A stretch of 64,000 bases of DNA. Origin: the human T2T-CHM13v2.0 reference genome, Homo sapiens. The translations under genes and the position numbers were made by a program. The notes beneath the pieces were generated by a model. It did not search any database. It was not told the origin of the DNA and was given only the letters and a program-made list of their open reading frames with translations. Location of the stretch: assembly GCF_009914755.1 (NCBI RefSeq), contig NC_060933.1; one strand, given 5' to 3'. Of this stretch, positions 1 to 13,900 are shown piece after piece (within the stretch, counting starts at the first letter, position 1; each line of letters starts with the position of its first letter).

Positions 1-25
1 CCATTCCATTCCATTCCATTCCATT

Positions 26-3000
26 CCATTACATTCCATTCCATTCCTTTCCATTCCAGTCCTTTCCATTCCATTCCACTCAGGTTGATTCCATTCTATT
101 AGTTTCCAATGCATTCCATTCCCTTCCATTCCACTCTGGTTGATTCCATTCCTTTCCATTCCACTCGAATACATTCCCTCCTATTCCACTCGGAACGATT
201 CCATTCCATTCCATTCCATTCCATTCCGTTCCATTCCATTCCACTCGTGTTGATTCCATTCCTTTCCATTCCATTTGGTTTGAAGGCATTCCATTCCATT
301 CCATTCCATTCCATTCCATTCCATTCCATTCCATTCCATTCCATTTCATTGTACTCGGGTTGATTCCATTCCATTGCATTCCATTCCATTCCATTCCATT
401 GCATTCCGTTGCATTCCATTCCATTACATTCGGATTGATTCTATTCAACTCCTTACTCTCCATTACATTCCATTCCATTCGGGTTGTTCCATTCCATTCC
501 ATTCCATTCCATTCCACTCCATTCCATTGCACTCGGGTTGATTCCATTCCATTCCATTCCATTCCATTCCATACCATTCCGGATGATTCCATTCCATTGC
601 ATTCCGTTCCATTACATTCCCCTGCACTCGCGTTGATTCCATTCCCTTCCATTCCATTCCATTCAATTCCATTCCATTACAATTCGTTCCATTCCATTCT
701 ATTCCGTACCATTCCATTCCATTCCATTCCATTCCATTCCCTTCCATTCCGGAAGATTCCATTCCATTGCATCCCATTCCATTCCATTCCCCTGCACTCG
801 CATTGATTCCATTCCATTCCATTCTATTCCATTCCATTCCCTTCCTTTCCGTTCCACTCCATTCCATTCCATTCCATTCCATTCCATTCCATTCCATTCC
901 ATTCCGTTCCGTTCCATTCCATTCCATTCCATTCTATTCGGGTTAATTCCATTCCATTCCATTCGATTGCAATCGAGTTGATTCCATTCCATTCCATTCC
1001 ATTCCATTCCATTCCTTTCCATTCCTTTCCATTCCATTACGGATGATTCCATTCCATTGCATTCCATTCCATTCCATTCCCCTATACTCGGGTTGATTCC
1101 ATTCCATTCCATTCCAATCCATGCCATTCCACTCGTGTTGATTCCATTCTTTCCATTCCATTCAAGTTGAATCCATTCCATTGCATTCCATTCCATTCGA
1201 TTCCATTCGATTGCACTCGGGTTGATTCCATTCCATTGCATTCCATTCCATTCCATTCCATTCCATTCCATTCCGTTCCATTCCATTTCATTACATTCAG
1301 ATTGATTCTATTCAATTCCCTTACACTCCATTATATTCCAATCCATTCTGGTTGTCTCCATTCCATTCCATTCCATTTCACTCCATTCCATTGCACTCGG
1401 GTTGATTCCATTCCATTCCATTCCATTGCATTCCATTCCAATCCATTCCGGATGATTCCATTCCATTGCATTCCATTCCAATCCATTCCCCTGCACTCGG
1501 GTTGATTCCATTCCATTCCATTCCATTTCATTCCGTTCCATTCCGTTCCATTCCATTCGGATTGATTCTATTCAATTCCCTTACACTCCATTACATTCCA
1601 TTCCATTCGGGTAGTTTCCATTCCATTCCATTCCATTCCTCTCCATTCCATTGCACTCGGGTTGATTCCATTCCATTCCATTGCATTCCATTCCATTCCA
1701 TTCCATTCCATTCCATTCCATTCCGTTCAATTCCTTTACATTCGGATTGATTCTGTTCAAGTCCCTTACTCTCCATTACATTCCATTCCATTCGGGTTGT
1801 TCCATTCCAATCCATTCCATTCCACTCCATTCCATTGCGCTCGGGTTGATTCCATTCCATTCCATTCCATTCCATTCCATTCCATTCCATTCCATTCCGG
1901 ATGATTCCATTCCATTGCATTCCGTTCCATTACATTCCCCTGCACTCGGGTTGATTCCATTCCATTCCATTCCATTCCATTCGATTCCATTCCATTCCAA
2001 TTCTTTCCATTCCATTCTATTCCGTACCATTCCATTCCATTCCATACAATTCCATTCCTTTCCATTCCACTCCGTTCCGTTCCGTTCCGTTTTGTTCCGT
2101 TCCATTCCATTCCATTCCATTCTTTTCGGTTTAATTCCATTCCATTCCATTCCATTCTATTCCATTCCATTGCAATCGAGTTGAATCCATTGCATTCCAT
2201 TCCATTCCATTCCATTCCATTCCATTCAGGAAGATTCCATTCCATTGCATTCCATTCCATTCCAATCCATTCCCTTCCATTCCATTCCATTCCATTCCAT
2301 TCCATTGTACTCGGGTTGATTCCATTCCACTGCATTGCATTCCATTCCATTCCATTCCATTCCATTCCGTTCCATTCCATTCCATTACATTCGGATTGAT
2401 TCTTTTCAACTCCCTTACTCTCCATTACATTCCATTCCATTCGGGTTGTTCCATTCCATTCCATTCCATTCCACTCCATTTCATTGCACTTGGGTTGATT
2501 CCATTCCATTCCATTCCATTCCATTCCATTCCGGATGATTCCATTCCATTGCATTCCGTTCCATTACATTCCCCTGCACTCGGGTTGATTCCATTCCATT
2601 CCTTTCCAATCCATGCCATTCCACTCGTGTTGGTTCCATTCTTTCCATTCCATTCAAGTTGAATCCATTCCATTGCATTCCATTCCATTCCATTCCCCTG
2701 CAGTCGGGTTGATTCCATTCCATTCCATTCCATGCCATTCCATTCCATTCCATTCCGTTCCGTTGCATTCCATTCCATTCTATTCGGGTTAATTCCATTC
2801 CATTCTTTTCCATTCCATTCCATTCCAATCGAGTTGATTCCATTCCATTCCATTCCATTCCATTCCATTCCACTCCATTCCAGTCCTTTCCATTCCATTC
2901 CACTCGGGTTGATTCCAATGTATTCCTTTCCATTCCATTGCATTCTATTGCAATCGAGTTGATTCCATTGCTTTGCATTCCATTCCATTCCATTCCATTC

Positions 3001-6000
3001 CATTCCGGAAGATTCCATTCCATTGCATTCCATTCCATTCCATTCCCCTGCACTCGCATTGATTCCATTCCATTCCATTCCATTCCATTCCATTCCGTTC
3101 CATTCCGTTCCATTCCATTCCATTCCATTCCATTCCGTTCCGTTCCATTCCATTGCATTCCATTCTATTCGTGTTAATTCCATTCCATTCCATTCGATTG
3201 CAATCGAGTTGATTCCATTCCATTCCATTCCATTCCATTCCATTCCATTCCATTCCGTTCCTTTCCATTCCATTACGGATGATTCCATTCCATTGCATTC
3301 CATTCCATTCCATTCCCCTGTACTCGGGTTGATTCCATTCCATTCCATTCCAATCCATGCCATTCCACTCGTGTTGATTCCATTCTTTCCATTGCATTCA
3401 AGTTGAATCCATTCCATTGCATTCCATTCCATTCGATTCCATTCGATTGCACTCGGGTTGATTCCATTCCATTGCATTCCATTCCATTCCATTCCATTCC
3501 ATTACATTCGGATTGATTCTATTCAATTCCCTTAAACTCCATTACATTCCATTCCATTCGGGTAGTTTCCATTCCATTCCATTCCATTCCTCTCCATTCC
3601 ACTGCACTCGGGTTGATTCCATTCCATTGCATTCCATTCCATTCCTTTCAATTCCATTCCGTTCCATTCCATTCCATTACATTCGGATTGATTCTATTCA
3701 ACTCCCTTACTCTCCATTACTTTCCATTCCATTCGGGTTGTTCCATTCCATTCCATTCCATTCCACTCCATTCCATTGCACTCGGGGTGATTCCATTCCA
3801 TTGCATTCCATTCCATTCCATTCCATTACAATCGAGTTGATTCCATTCCATTCCATTCCATTCCAGTCCTTTCCATTCCATTCCACTCGGGTTGATTCCA
3901 TTCTATTAGTTTCCATTCCATTCCATTCCCTTCCATTCCACTCTGGTTGATACCATTCCTTTCCATTCTACTCGAATACATTCCCTCCTATTCCACTCGG
4001 AACGATTCCATTCCATTCCATTCCATTCCATTCCATTCCATTTCGTTCCATTCCATTCTATTCCGTATCATTCCATTCCATTCCATTCCATTCCATTCCA
4101 TTCCATTGCGTTCCATTCCATTCCATTACATTCGGATTGATTCTATTCAATTCCCTTACACTCCATTCCATTCCATTCCATTCGGGTAGTTTCCATTCCA
4201 TTCCATTCCATTCCTCTCCATTCCATTACACTCGGGTTGATTCCATTCCATTCCATTCCATTCCATTCCATTCCATTCCATTCCATTGTACTCGGGTTGA
4301 TTCCATTCCATTCCATTCCATTCCATTCTATTCCATTCCGTTCCATTCCATTCCATTCCCTTCGGATTGATTCTTTTCAACTCCCTTACTCTCCATTACT
4401 TTCCATTCCATGTGGGTTGTTCCATTCCATTCCATTCCATTCCACTCCATTCCATTGCACTCGGGTTGATTCCATTCCATTCCATTCCATTCCATTCCGG
4501 ATGATTCCATTCCCTTGCATTCCGTTCCATTACATTCCCCTGCACACGGGTTGATTCCATTCCATTCCATTCCATTCCACTCCATTCCATTGCGCTCGGG
4601 TTGATTCCATTCCATTCCATTCCATTCCATTCCATTCCATTCCATTCCATTCCATTCCGGATGATTCCATTCCATTGCATTCCGTTCCATTACATTCCCC
4701 TGCACTCGGGTTGATTCCATTCCATTCCATTCCATTCCATTCGATTCCATTCCATTCCAATTCTTTCCATTCCATTCTATTCCGTACCATTCCATTCCAT
4801 TCCATACAATTCCATTCCTTTCCATTCCACTCCGTTCCGTTCCGTTCCGTTTTGTTCCGTTCCATTCCATTCCATTCCATTCTTTTCGGTTTAATTCCAT
4901 TCCATTCCATTCCATTCCATTCCATTCTATTCCATTCCATTGCAATCGAGTTGAATCCATTGCATTCCATTCCATTCCATTCCATTCCATTCCATTCCGG
5001 AAGATTCCATTCCATTGCATTCCATTCCATTCCATTCCATTCCCTTCCATTCCATTCCATTCCATTCCATTCCATTGTACTCGGGTTGATTCCATTCCAC
5101 TGCATTGCATTCCATTCCATTCCATTCCATTCCATTCCGTTCCATTCCATTCCATTACATTCGGATTGATTCTTTTCAACTCCCTTACTCTCCATTACAT
5201 TCCATTCCATTCGGGTTGTTCCATTCCATTCCATTCCATTCCACTCCATTTCATTGCACTCGGGTTGATTCCATTCCATTCCATTCCATTCCATTCCATT
5301 CCGGATGATTCCATTCCATTGCATTCCGTTCCATTACATTCCCCTGCACTCGGGTTGATTCCATTCCATTCCTTTCCAATCCATGCCATTCCACTCGTGT
5401 TGGTTCCATTCTTTCCATTCCATTCAAGTTGAATCCATTCCATTGCATTCCATTCCATTCCATTCCCCTGCAGTCGGGTTGATTCCATTCCATTCCATTC
5501 CATGCCATTCCATTCCATTCCATTCCGTTCCGTTGCATTCCATTCCATTCTATTCGGGTTAATTCCATTCCATTCCTTTCCATTCCATTCCATTCCAATC
5601 GAGTTGATTCCATTCCATTCCATTCCATTCCATTCCATTCCACTCCATTCCAGTCCTTTCCATTCCATTCCACTCGGGTTGATTCCAATGTATTCCTTTC
5701 CATTCCATTGCATTCTATTGCAATCGAGTTGATTCCATTGCTTTGCATTCCATTCCATTCCATTCCATTCCATTCCGGAAGATTCTATTCCATTGCATTC
5801 CATTCCATTCCATTCCCCTGCACTCGCATTGATTCCATTCCATTCCATTCCATTCCATTCCGTTCCATTCCGTTCCATTCCATTCCATTCCATTCCATTC
5901 CGTTCCGTTCCATTCCATTGCATTCCATTCTATTCGTGTTAATTCCATTCCATTCCATTCGATTGCAATCGAGTTGATTCCATTCCATTCCATTCCATTC

Positions 6001-9000
6001 CATTCCATTCCATTCCATTCCATTCCATTCCATTCCGTTCCTTTCCATTCCATTACGGATGATTCCATTCCATTGCATTCCATTCCATTCCATTCCCCTG
6101 TACTCGGGTTGATTCCATTCCATTCCATTCCAATCCATGCCATTCCACTCGTGTTGATTCCATTCTTTCCATTGCATTCAAGTTGAATCCATTCCATTGC
6201 ATTCCATTCCATTCGATTCCATTCGATTGCACTCGGGTTGATTCCATTCCATTGCATTCCATTCCATTCCATTCCATTCCATTCCATTACATTCGGATTG
6301 ATTCTATTCAATTCCCTTAAACTCCATTACATTCCATTCCATTCGGGTAGTTTCCATTCCATTCCATTCCATTCCTCTCCATTCCACTGCACTCGGGTTG
6401 ATTCCATTCCATTGCATTCCATTCCATTCCTTTCAATTCCATTCCGTTCCATTCCATTCCATTACATTCGGATTGATTCTATTCAACTCCCTTACTCTCC
6501 ATTACTTTCCATTCCATTCGGGTTGTTCCATTCCATTCCATTCCATTCCACTCCATTCCATTGCACTCGGGTTGATTCCATTCCATTGCATTCCATTCCA
6601 TTCCATTCCATTACAATCGAGTTGATTCCATTCCATTCCATTCCATTCCAGTCCTTTCCATTCCATTCCACTCGGGTTGATTCCATTCTATTAGTTTCCA
6701 TTCCATTCCATTCCCTTCCATTCCACTCTGGTTGATACCATTCCTTTCCATTCTACTCGAATACATTCCCTCCTATTCCACTCGGAACGATTCCATTCCA
6801 TTCCATTCCATTCCATTCCATTCCATTTCGTTCCATTCCATTCTATTCCGTATCATTCCATTCCATTCCATTCCATTCCATTCCATTCCATTGCGTTCCA
6901 TTCCATTCCATTACATTCGGATTGATTCTATTCAATTCCCTTACACTCCATTCCATTCCATTCCATTCGGGTAGTTTCCATTCCATTCCATTCCATTCCT
7001 CTCCATTCCATTACACTCGGGTTGATTCCATTCCATTCCATTCCATTCCATTCCATTCCATTGTACTCGGGTTGATTCCATTCCATTCCATTCCATTCCA
7101 TTCTATTCCATTCCGTTCCATTCCATTCCATTCCCTTCGGATTGATTCTTTTCAACTCCCTTACTCTCCATTACTTTCCATTCCATGTGGGTTGTTCCAT
7201 TCCATTCCATTCCATTCCACTCCATTCCATTGCACTCGGGTTGATTCCATTCCATTCCATTCCATTCCATTCCGGATGATTCCATTCCCTTGCATTCCGT
7301 TCCATTACATTCCCCTGCACACGGGTTGATTCCATTCCATTCCATTCCATTCCATTCCATTCCATTCCACTCCATTCCATTCCCCTGCACTCGCGTTGAT
7401 TCCATTCCATTCCATTCCATTCCATTCCATTCCATTCCATTCCTTTCCGTTCCATACCATTCCATTCCATTCCATTCCGTTCCGTTCCGTTCCATTCCAT
7501 TCCATTCCATTCTATTCGGGTTAATTCCATTCCATTCCATTCGATTGCAATCAATTTGATTCCATTCCATTCCATTCCATTCCATTCCTTTCCATTCCAT
7601 TACGGATTATTCCATTCCATTGCATTCCATTCCATTCCATTCCATTCCCCTGTACTCGGGTTGATTCCATTCCATTCCATTCCATTCCGTTCCATTCCAT
7701 TACATTCGGATTGTTTCTATTCAACTCCCTTACTCTCCATTACATTCCATTCCATTCGGGTTGTTCCATTCCATTCCATTCCATTCCACTCCATTCCATT
7801 GCACTCGGGTTGATTCCATTCCATTCCATTCCATTCCATTCAATTCCATCCATTTCAATCCATTCCATTCCATTCCGGATGATTCCATTCCATTGCATTC
7901 CGTTCCATTACATTCCCCTACACTCGGGTTGATTCCATTCCATTCCATTCCATTCCATTCGTTTCCATTCCATTCCAATTCTTTCCATTCCATTGTATTC
8001 CGTACCATGCCATTCCATTCCATACAATTCCATTCCATTCCATTCCATTCCATTCCGTTCCGTTCCGTTCCGATCCGTTCCGTTCCATGCCATTCCATTC
8101 CATTCTATTCGGGTTAATTCTATTCCATTCCATTCCATTCCATTCCATTCTATTCCATTCCATTGCAATCGAGTTGAATCCATTGCATTCCATTCCATTC
8201 CATTCCATTCCGGAAGATTCCATTCCATTGCATTCCATTCCATTCCATTCCCCTGCACTCGCGTTTATTCTTTTAAGTTCCAATCCATTCCATTCCATTC
8301 CATTCCGTTCCGTTCCATTCCATTCCATTCCAATCCTTTCCATTCCGTTCCGTTCCATTCCGTTCCATTCCATTCCATTCCATTCTATTCTGGTTAATTC
8401 CATTCCATTCCATTCGAATGCAATCGAGTTGATTCCATTCCATTCCATTCCATTCCATTCCATTCCATTCCATTCCGTTCCATTACATTACGGATGATTC
8501 CATTCCATTGCATTCCATTCCATTCCATTCCCCTGTACTCGGGTTGATTCCATTCCATTCCATTCCATTCCATGCGATTCCACTCGTGTTGATTCCATTC
8601 TTTCCATTCCATTCAAGTTGAATCCATTCCATTGCATTCCATTCCATTCGATTCCATTCCATTGCACTCGGGTTTATTCCATTCCATTGCATTCCATTCC
8701 ATTCCATTCCATTCCATTCCGTTCCATTCCATTCCATTACATTCGGATTGATTCTATTCAATTCCCTTACACTCCATTACATTCCATTCCATTCGGGTAG
8801 TTTCCATTCCATTCCATTCCATTCCTCTCCATTCCATTGCACTCGGGTTGATTCCATTCCATTCCATTCCATTCCACTCCATTCCATTCCATTCCATTCC
8901 ATTCCGTTCCATTCCATTCCATTACTTTCGGATTGATTCTTTTCAACTCCCTTACTCTCCATTACATTCCATTCCATTCGAGTTGTTCCATTCCATTCCA

Positions 9001-10460
9001 TTCCATTCCACTCCATTCCATTGCACTCGGGTTGATTCCATTCCATTCCATTCCATTCCATTCCATTCCGGATGATTCCATTCCATTGCATTCCGTTCCA
9101 TTACATTCCCCTGCACTCGGGTTGATTCCATTCCATTCCATTCCATTCCATTCGATTCCATTCCATTCCCCTGCACTCGCGTTGATTCCATTCCATTCCA
9201 TTCCATTCCATTCCATTCCATTCGATTCCATTACATTCCTTTCCGTTCCATTCCATTGCATTCCGTTCCGTTCCGTTCCATTCCATTCCATTCCATTCTA
9301 TTCGGGTTAATTCCATTCCATTCCATTCGATTGCAATCGAGTTGATTCCATTCCATTCCATTCCATTCCATTCCATTCCATTCCATTCCATTCAATTCAT
9401 TTCCATTCCATTACGGATGATTCCATTCCATTGCATTCCATTCCATTCCATTCCCCTGTACTCGGGTTAATTCCATTCCATTCCATTCCATTGCACTCGG
9501 GTTGATTCCATTCCATTCCATTCCATTCCATTTCATTCCATTCCATTCCATTACATTCGGATTGATTCTATTCAATTCCCTTACATTCCATTACATTCCA
9601 TTCCATTCGGGATGTTTCCATTCCATTCCATTCCATTCCACTCCATTCCAATGCATCGGGTTGATTGCATTCCATTCCATTCCATTCCATTCCGGATGAT
9701 TCCATTCCATTGCATTCCATTCCATTCCATTCCCCTGCACTCGGGTTGATCACATTCCATTCCATTCCCTTCCATTCCTTTCCATTCCGTTCCATTCCTT
9801 TCCATTCCGTTCCATTCCATTGCAATCGAGTTGATTCCATTCCATTCCATTCCATTCCATTCCATTCCATTCCATTCCATTCCATTGCATTCCATTCCGG
9901 ATGATTCCATTCCATTGCATTCCATTCCATTCTATTCAATTCCATTCCGTTCCATTCCATTCCATTACATTCGGATTGATTCTATTCAACTCCCTTACTC
10001 TCCATTACATTCCATTCCATTCGGGTTGTTCCATTCCATTCCATTCCATTCCAATCCACTCCATTCCATTGCACTCGGGTTGATTCCATTGCATTCCATT
10101 CCATTCCATTCCATTCCGGAAGATTCCATTCCATTGCATTCCATTCCATTCCATTGCCCTGCACTCGCGTTGATTCCATTCCATTCCATTCCATTCCATT
10201 CCATTCCATTCCATTCCTTTCCGTTCCATTCCATTCCATTCCATTCCATTCCATTCCATTCCATTCCGTTCCATTCCGTTCCATTCCATTCCATTCCATT
10301 CCATTCCATTCCATTCCATTTCATTCCATTGTACTCGGGTTGATTCCATTCCATTGCATTCCATTCCATTCCATTCAATTCCATTCCGTTCCTATCCATT
10401 CCATTACATTCGGATTGATTCTATTCAACTCCCTTACTCTCAATTACATTCCATTCCATT
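26..10460 (+). repeat. Copy 1 of a large satellite block (~8.2 kb period, inflated to 10.9 kb by an internal duplication)
   Basis: Rare variants recur at offset 10,939: CACTCAGGTTG (77/11016), GCATCCCATT, CCCCTATACTCG, CTGTTCAAGTCCC and TTTGTTCCGT. ORF 80..652 pairs with 11019..11273. Confidence 0.88.
1811..7381 (+). repeat. Tandem duplication of ~2.77 kb (units ~1837-4591 and ~4592-7381)
   Basis: TGCGCTCGGG at 1836 and 4591, TTTGTTCCGT at 2091 and 4851, GCACACGGG at 4542 and 7317. ORFs 3947..4189 and 6732..6974 translate identically. Confidence 0.92.
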
Positions 10461-10964
10461 CGGGTAGTTTCCATTCCATTCCATTCCATTCCTCTCCATT
10501 CCATTGCACTCGGGTTGATTCCATTCCATTCCATTCCATTCCATTCCATTCCATTGTACTCGGGTTTATTCCATTCCATTGCATTCCATTCCATTCTATT
10601 CCATTCCATTCCATTCCATTCCATTCCATTCCGTTCCGTTCCATTACATTCGGATTGATTCTTTTCAACTCCCTTACTCTCCATTACATTCCATTCCATT
10701 CGGATTGTTCCATTCCATTCCATTCCATTCCACTCCATTCCATTGCACTCGGGTTGATTCCATTCCATTCAATTCCATTCCATTCCGGATGATTCCATTC
10801 CATTGCATTCCGTTCCATTACATTCCCCTGCACTAGGGTTGATTCCATTCCATTCCATTCTATTCCATTCGATTCCATTCCATTCCCCTGCACTCGCGTT
10901 GATTCCATTCCATTCCATTCCATTCCATTCCATTACATTCCATTCCAATCCTTTCCATTCCAGT

Positions 10965-13900
10965 CCATTACATTCCATTCCATTCCTTTCCATTCCAGTC
11001 CTTTCCATTCCATTCCACTCAGGTTGATTCCATTCTATTAGTTTCCAATGCATTCCATTCCCTTCCATTCCACTCTGGTTGATTCCATTCCTTTCCATTC
11101 CACTCGAATACATTCCCTCCTATTCCACTCGGAACGATTCCATTCCATTCCATTCCATTCCATTCCGTTCCATTCCATTCCACTCGTGTTGATTCCATTC
11201 CTTTCCATTCCATTCGGTTTGAAGGCATTCCATTCCATTCCATTCCATTCCATTCCATTCCATTCCATTCCATTCCATTTCATTGTACTCGGGTTGATTC
11301 CATTCCATTGCATTCCATTCCATTCCATTCCATTCCCTTCCGTTGCATTCCATTCCATTACATTCGGATTGATTCTATTCAACTCCTTACTCTCCATTAC
11401 ATTCCATTCCATTCGGGTTGTTCCATTCCATTCCATTCCATTCCATTCCACTCCATTCCATTGCACTCGGGTTGATTCCATTCCATTCCATTCCATTCCA
11501 TTCCATTCCATTCCATTCCGGATGATTCCATTCCATTGCATTCCGTTCCATTACATTCCCCTGCACTCGCGTTGATTCCATTCCCTTCCATTCCATTCCA
11601 TTCAATTCCATTCCATTACAATTCGTTCCATTCCATTCTATTCCGTACCATTCCATTCCATTCCATTCCATTCCATTCCATTCCCTTCCATTCCGGAAGA
11701 TTCCATTCCATTGCATCCCATTCCATTCCATTCCCCTGCACTCGCATTGATTCCATTCCATTCCATTCTATTCCATTCCATTCCCTTCCTTTCCGTTCCA
11801 CTGCATTCCATTCCATTCCATTCCATTCCATTCCATTCCGTTCCGTTCCATTCCATTCCATTCCATTCTATTCGGGTTAATTCCATTCCATTCCATTCGA
11901 TTGCAATCGAGTTGATTCCATTCCATTCCATTCCATTCCATTCCATTCCATTCCATTCCATTCCTTTCCATTCCATTACGGATGATTCCATTCCATTGCA
12001 TTCCATTCCATTCCATTCCCCTATACTCGGGTTGATTCCATTCCATTCCATTCCAATCCATGCCATTCCACTCGTGTTGATTCCATTCTTTCCATTCCAT
12101 TCAAGTTGAATCCATTCCATTGCATTCCATTCCATTCGATTCCATTCGATTGCACTCGGGTTGATTCCATTCCATTGCATTCCATTCCATTCCATTCCAT
12201 TCCATTCCGTTCCATTCCATTTCATTACATTCAGATTGATTCTATTCAATTCCCTTACACTCCATTATATTCCAATCCATTCTGGTTGTCTCCATTCCAT
12301 TCCATTCCATTTCACTCCATTCCATTGCACTCGGGTTGATTCCATTCCATTTCTTTCCATTGCATTCCATTCCAATCCATTCCGGATGATTCCATTCCAT
12401 TGCATTCCATTCCAATCCATTCTCGTGCACTCGGGTCGATTCCATTCCATTCCATTCCATTTCATTCCGTTCCATTCCATTCCATTCCATTCGGATTGAT
12501 TCTATTCAATTCCCTTACACTCCATTACATTCCATTCCATTCGGGTAGTTTCCATTCCATTCCATTCCATTCCTCTCCATTCCATTGCACTCGGGTTGAT
12601 TCCATTCCATTCCATTCCATTCCATTCCATTCCATTCCGTTCCATTGTACTCGGGTTCATTCCATTCCATTGCATTCCATTCCATTCCATTCCATTCCAT
12701 TCCATTCCATTCCATTCCGTTCAATTCCTTTACATTCGGATTGATTCTGTTCAAGTCCCTTACTCTCCATTACATTCCATTCCATTCGGGTTGTTCCATT
12801 CCAATCCATTCCATTCCACTCCATTCCATTGCGCTCGGGTTGATTCCATTCCATTCCATTCCATTCCATTCCATTCCATTCCATTCCGGATGATTCCATT
12901 CCATTGCATTCCGTTCCATTACATTCCCCTGCACTCGGGTTGATTCCATTCCATTCCATTCCATTCCATTCGATTCCATTCCATTCCAATTCTTTCCATT
13001 CCATTCTATTCCGTACCATTCCATTCCATTCCATACAATTCCATTCCTTTCCATTCCACTCCGTTCCGTTCCGTTCCGTTTTGTTCCGTTCCATTCCATT
13101 CCATTCCATTCTTTTCGGTTTAATTCCATTCCATTCCATTCCATTCCATTCCATTCTATTCCATTCCATTGCAATCGAGTTGAATCCATTGCATTCCATT
13201 CCATTCCATTCCATTCCATTCCATTCCGGAAGATTCCATTCCATTGCATTCCATTCCATTCCATTCCATTCCCTTCCATTCCATTCCATTCCATTCCATT
13301 CCATTCCATTGTACTCGGGTTGATTCCATTCCACTGCATTGCATTCCATTCCATTCCATTCCATTCCATTCCGTTCCATTCCATTCCATTACATTCGGAT
13401 TGATTCTTTTCAACTCCCTTACTCTCCATTACATTCCATTCCATTCGGGTTGTTCCATTCCATTCCATTCCATTCCACTCCATTCCATTGCACTCGGGTT
13501 GATTCCATTCCATTCCATTCCATTCCATTCCATTCCATTCCATTCCGGATGATGCCATTCCATTGCATTCCGTTCCATTACATTCCCCTGCACTCGGGTT
13601 GATTCCATTCCATTCCTTTCCAATCCATGCCATTCCACTCGTGTTGGTTCCATTCTTTCCATTCCATTCAAGTTGAATCCATTCCATTGCATTCCATTCC
13701 ATTCCATTCCCCTGCAGTCGGGTTGATTCCATTCCATTCCATTCCATGTCATTCCTTTCCTTTCCATTCCGTTCCGTTGCATTCCATTCCATTCTATTCG
13801 GGTTAATTCCATTCCATTCCTTTCCATTCCATTCCATTCCAATCGAGTTGATTCCATTCCATTCCATTCCATTCCATTCCATTCCACTCCATTCCAGTCC

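Noticed and set aside
355-370. Telomere-like GGGTT(A/G) words suggesting interstitial telomere or G-quadruplex
   Set aside because: These are isolated single G-tracts within the satellite decamer, spaced tens to hundreds of bp apart, never tandem TTAGGG.
431-460. Possible DUX4 site in GATTGATTCTATTCAA
   Set aside because: It does not match the TGATT-RRR-TTA (TAAYYYAATCA) consensus; the resemblance is limited to TGATT.
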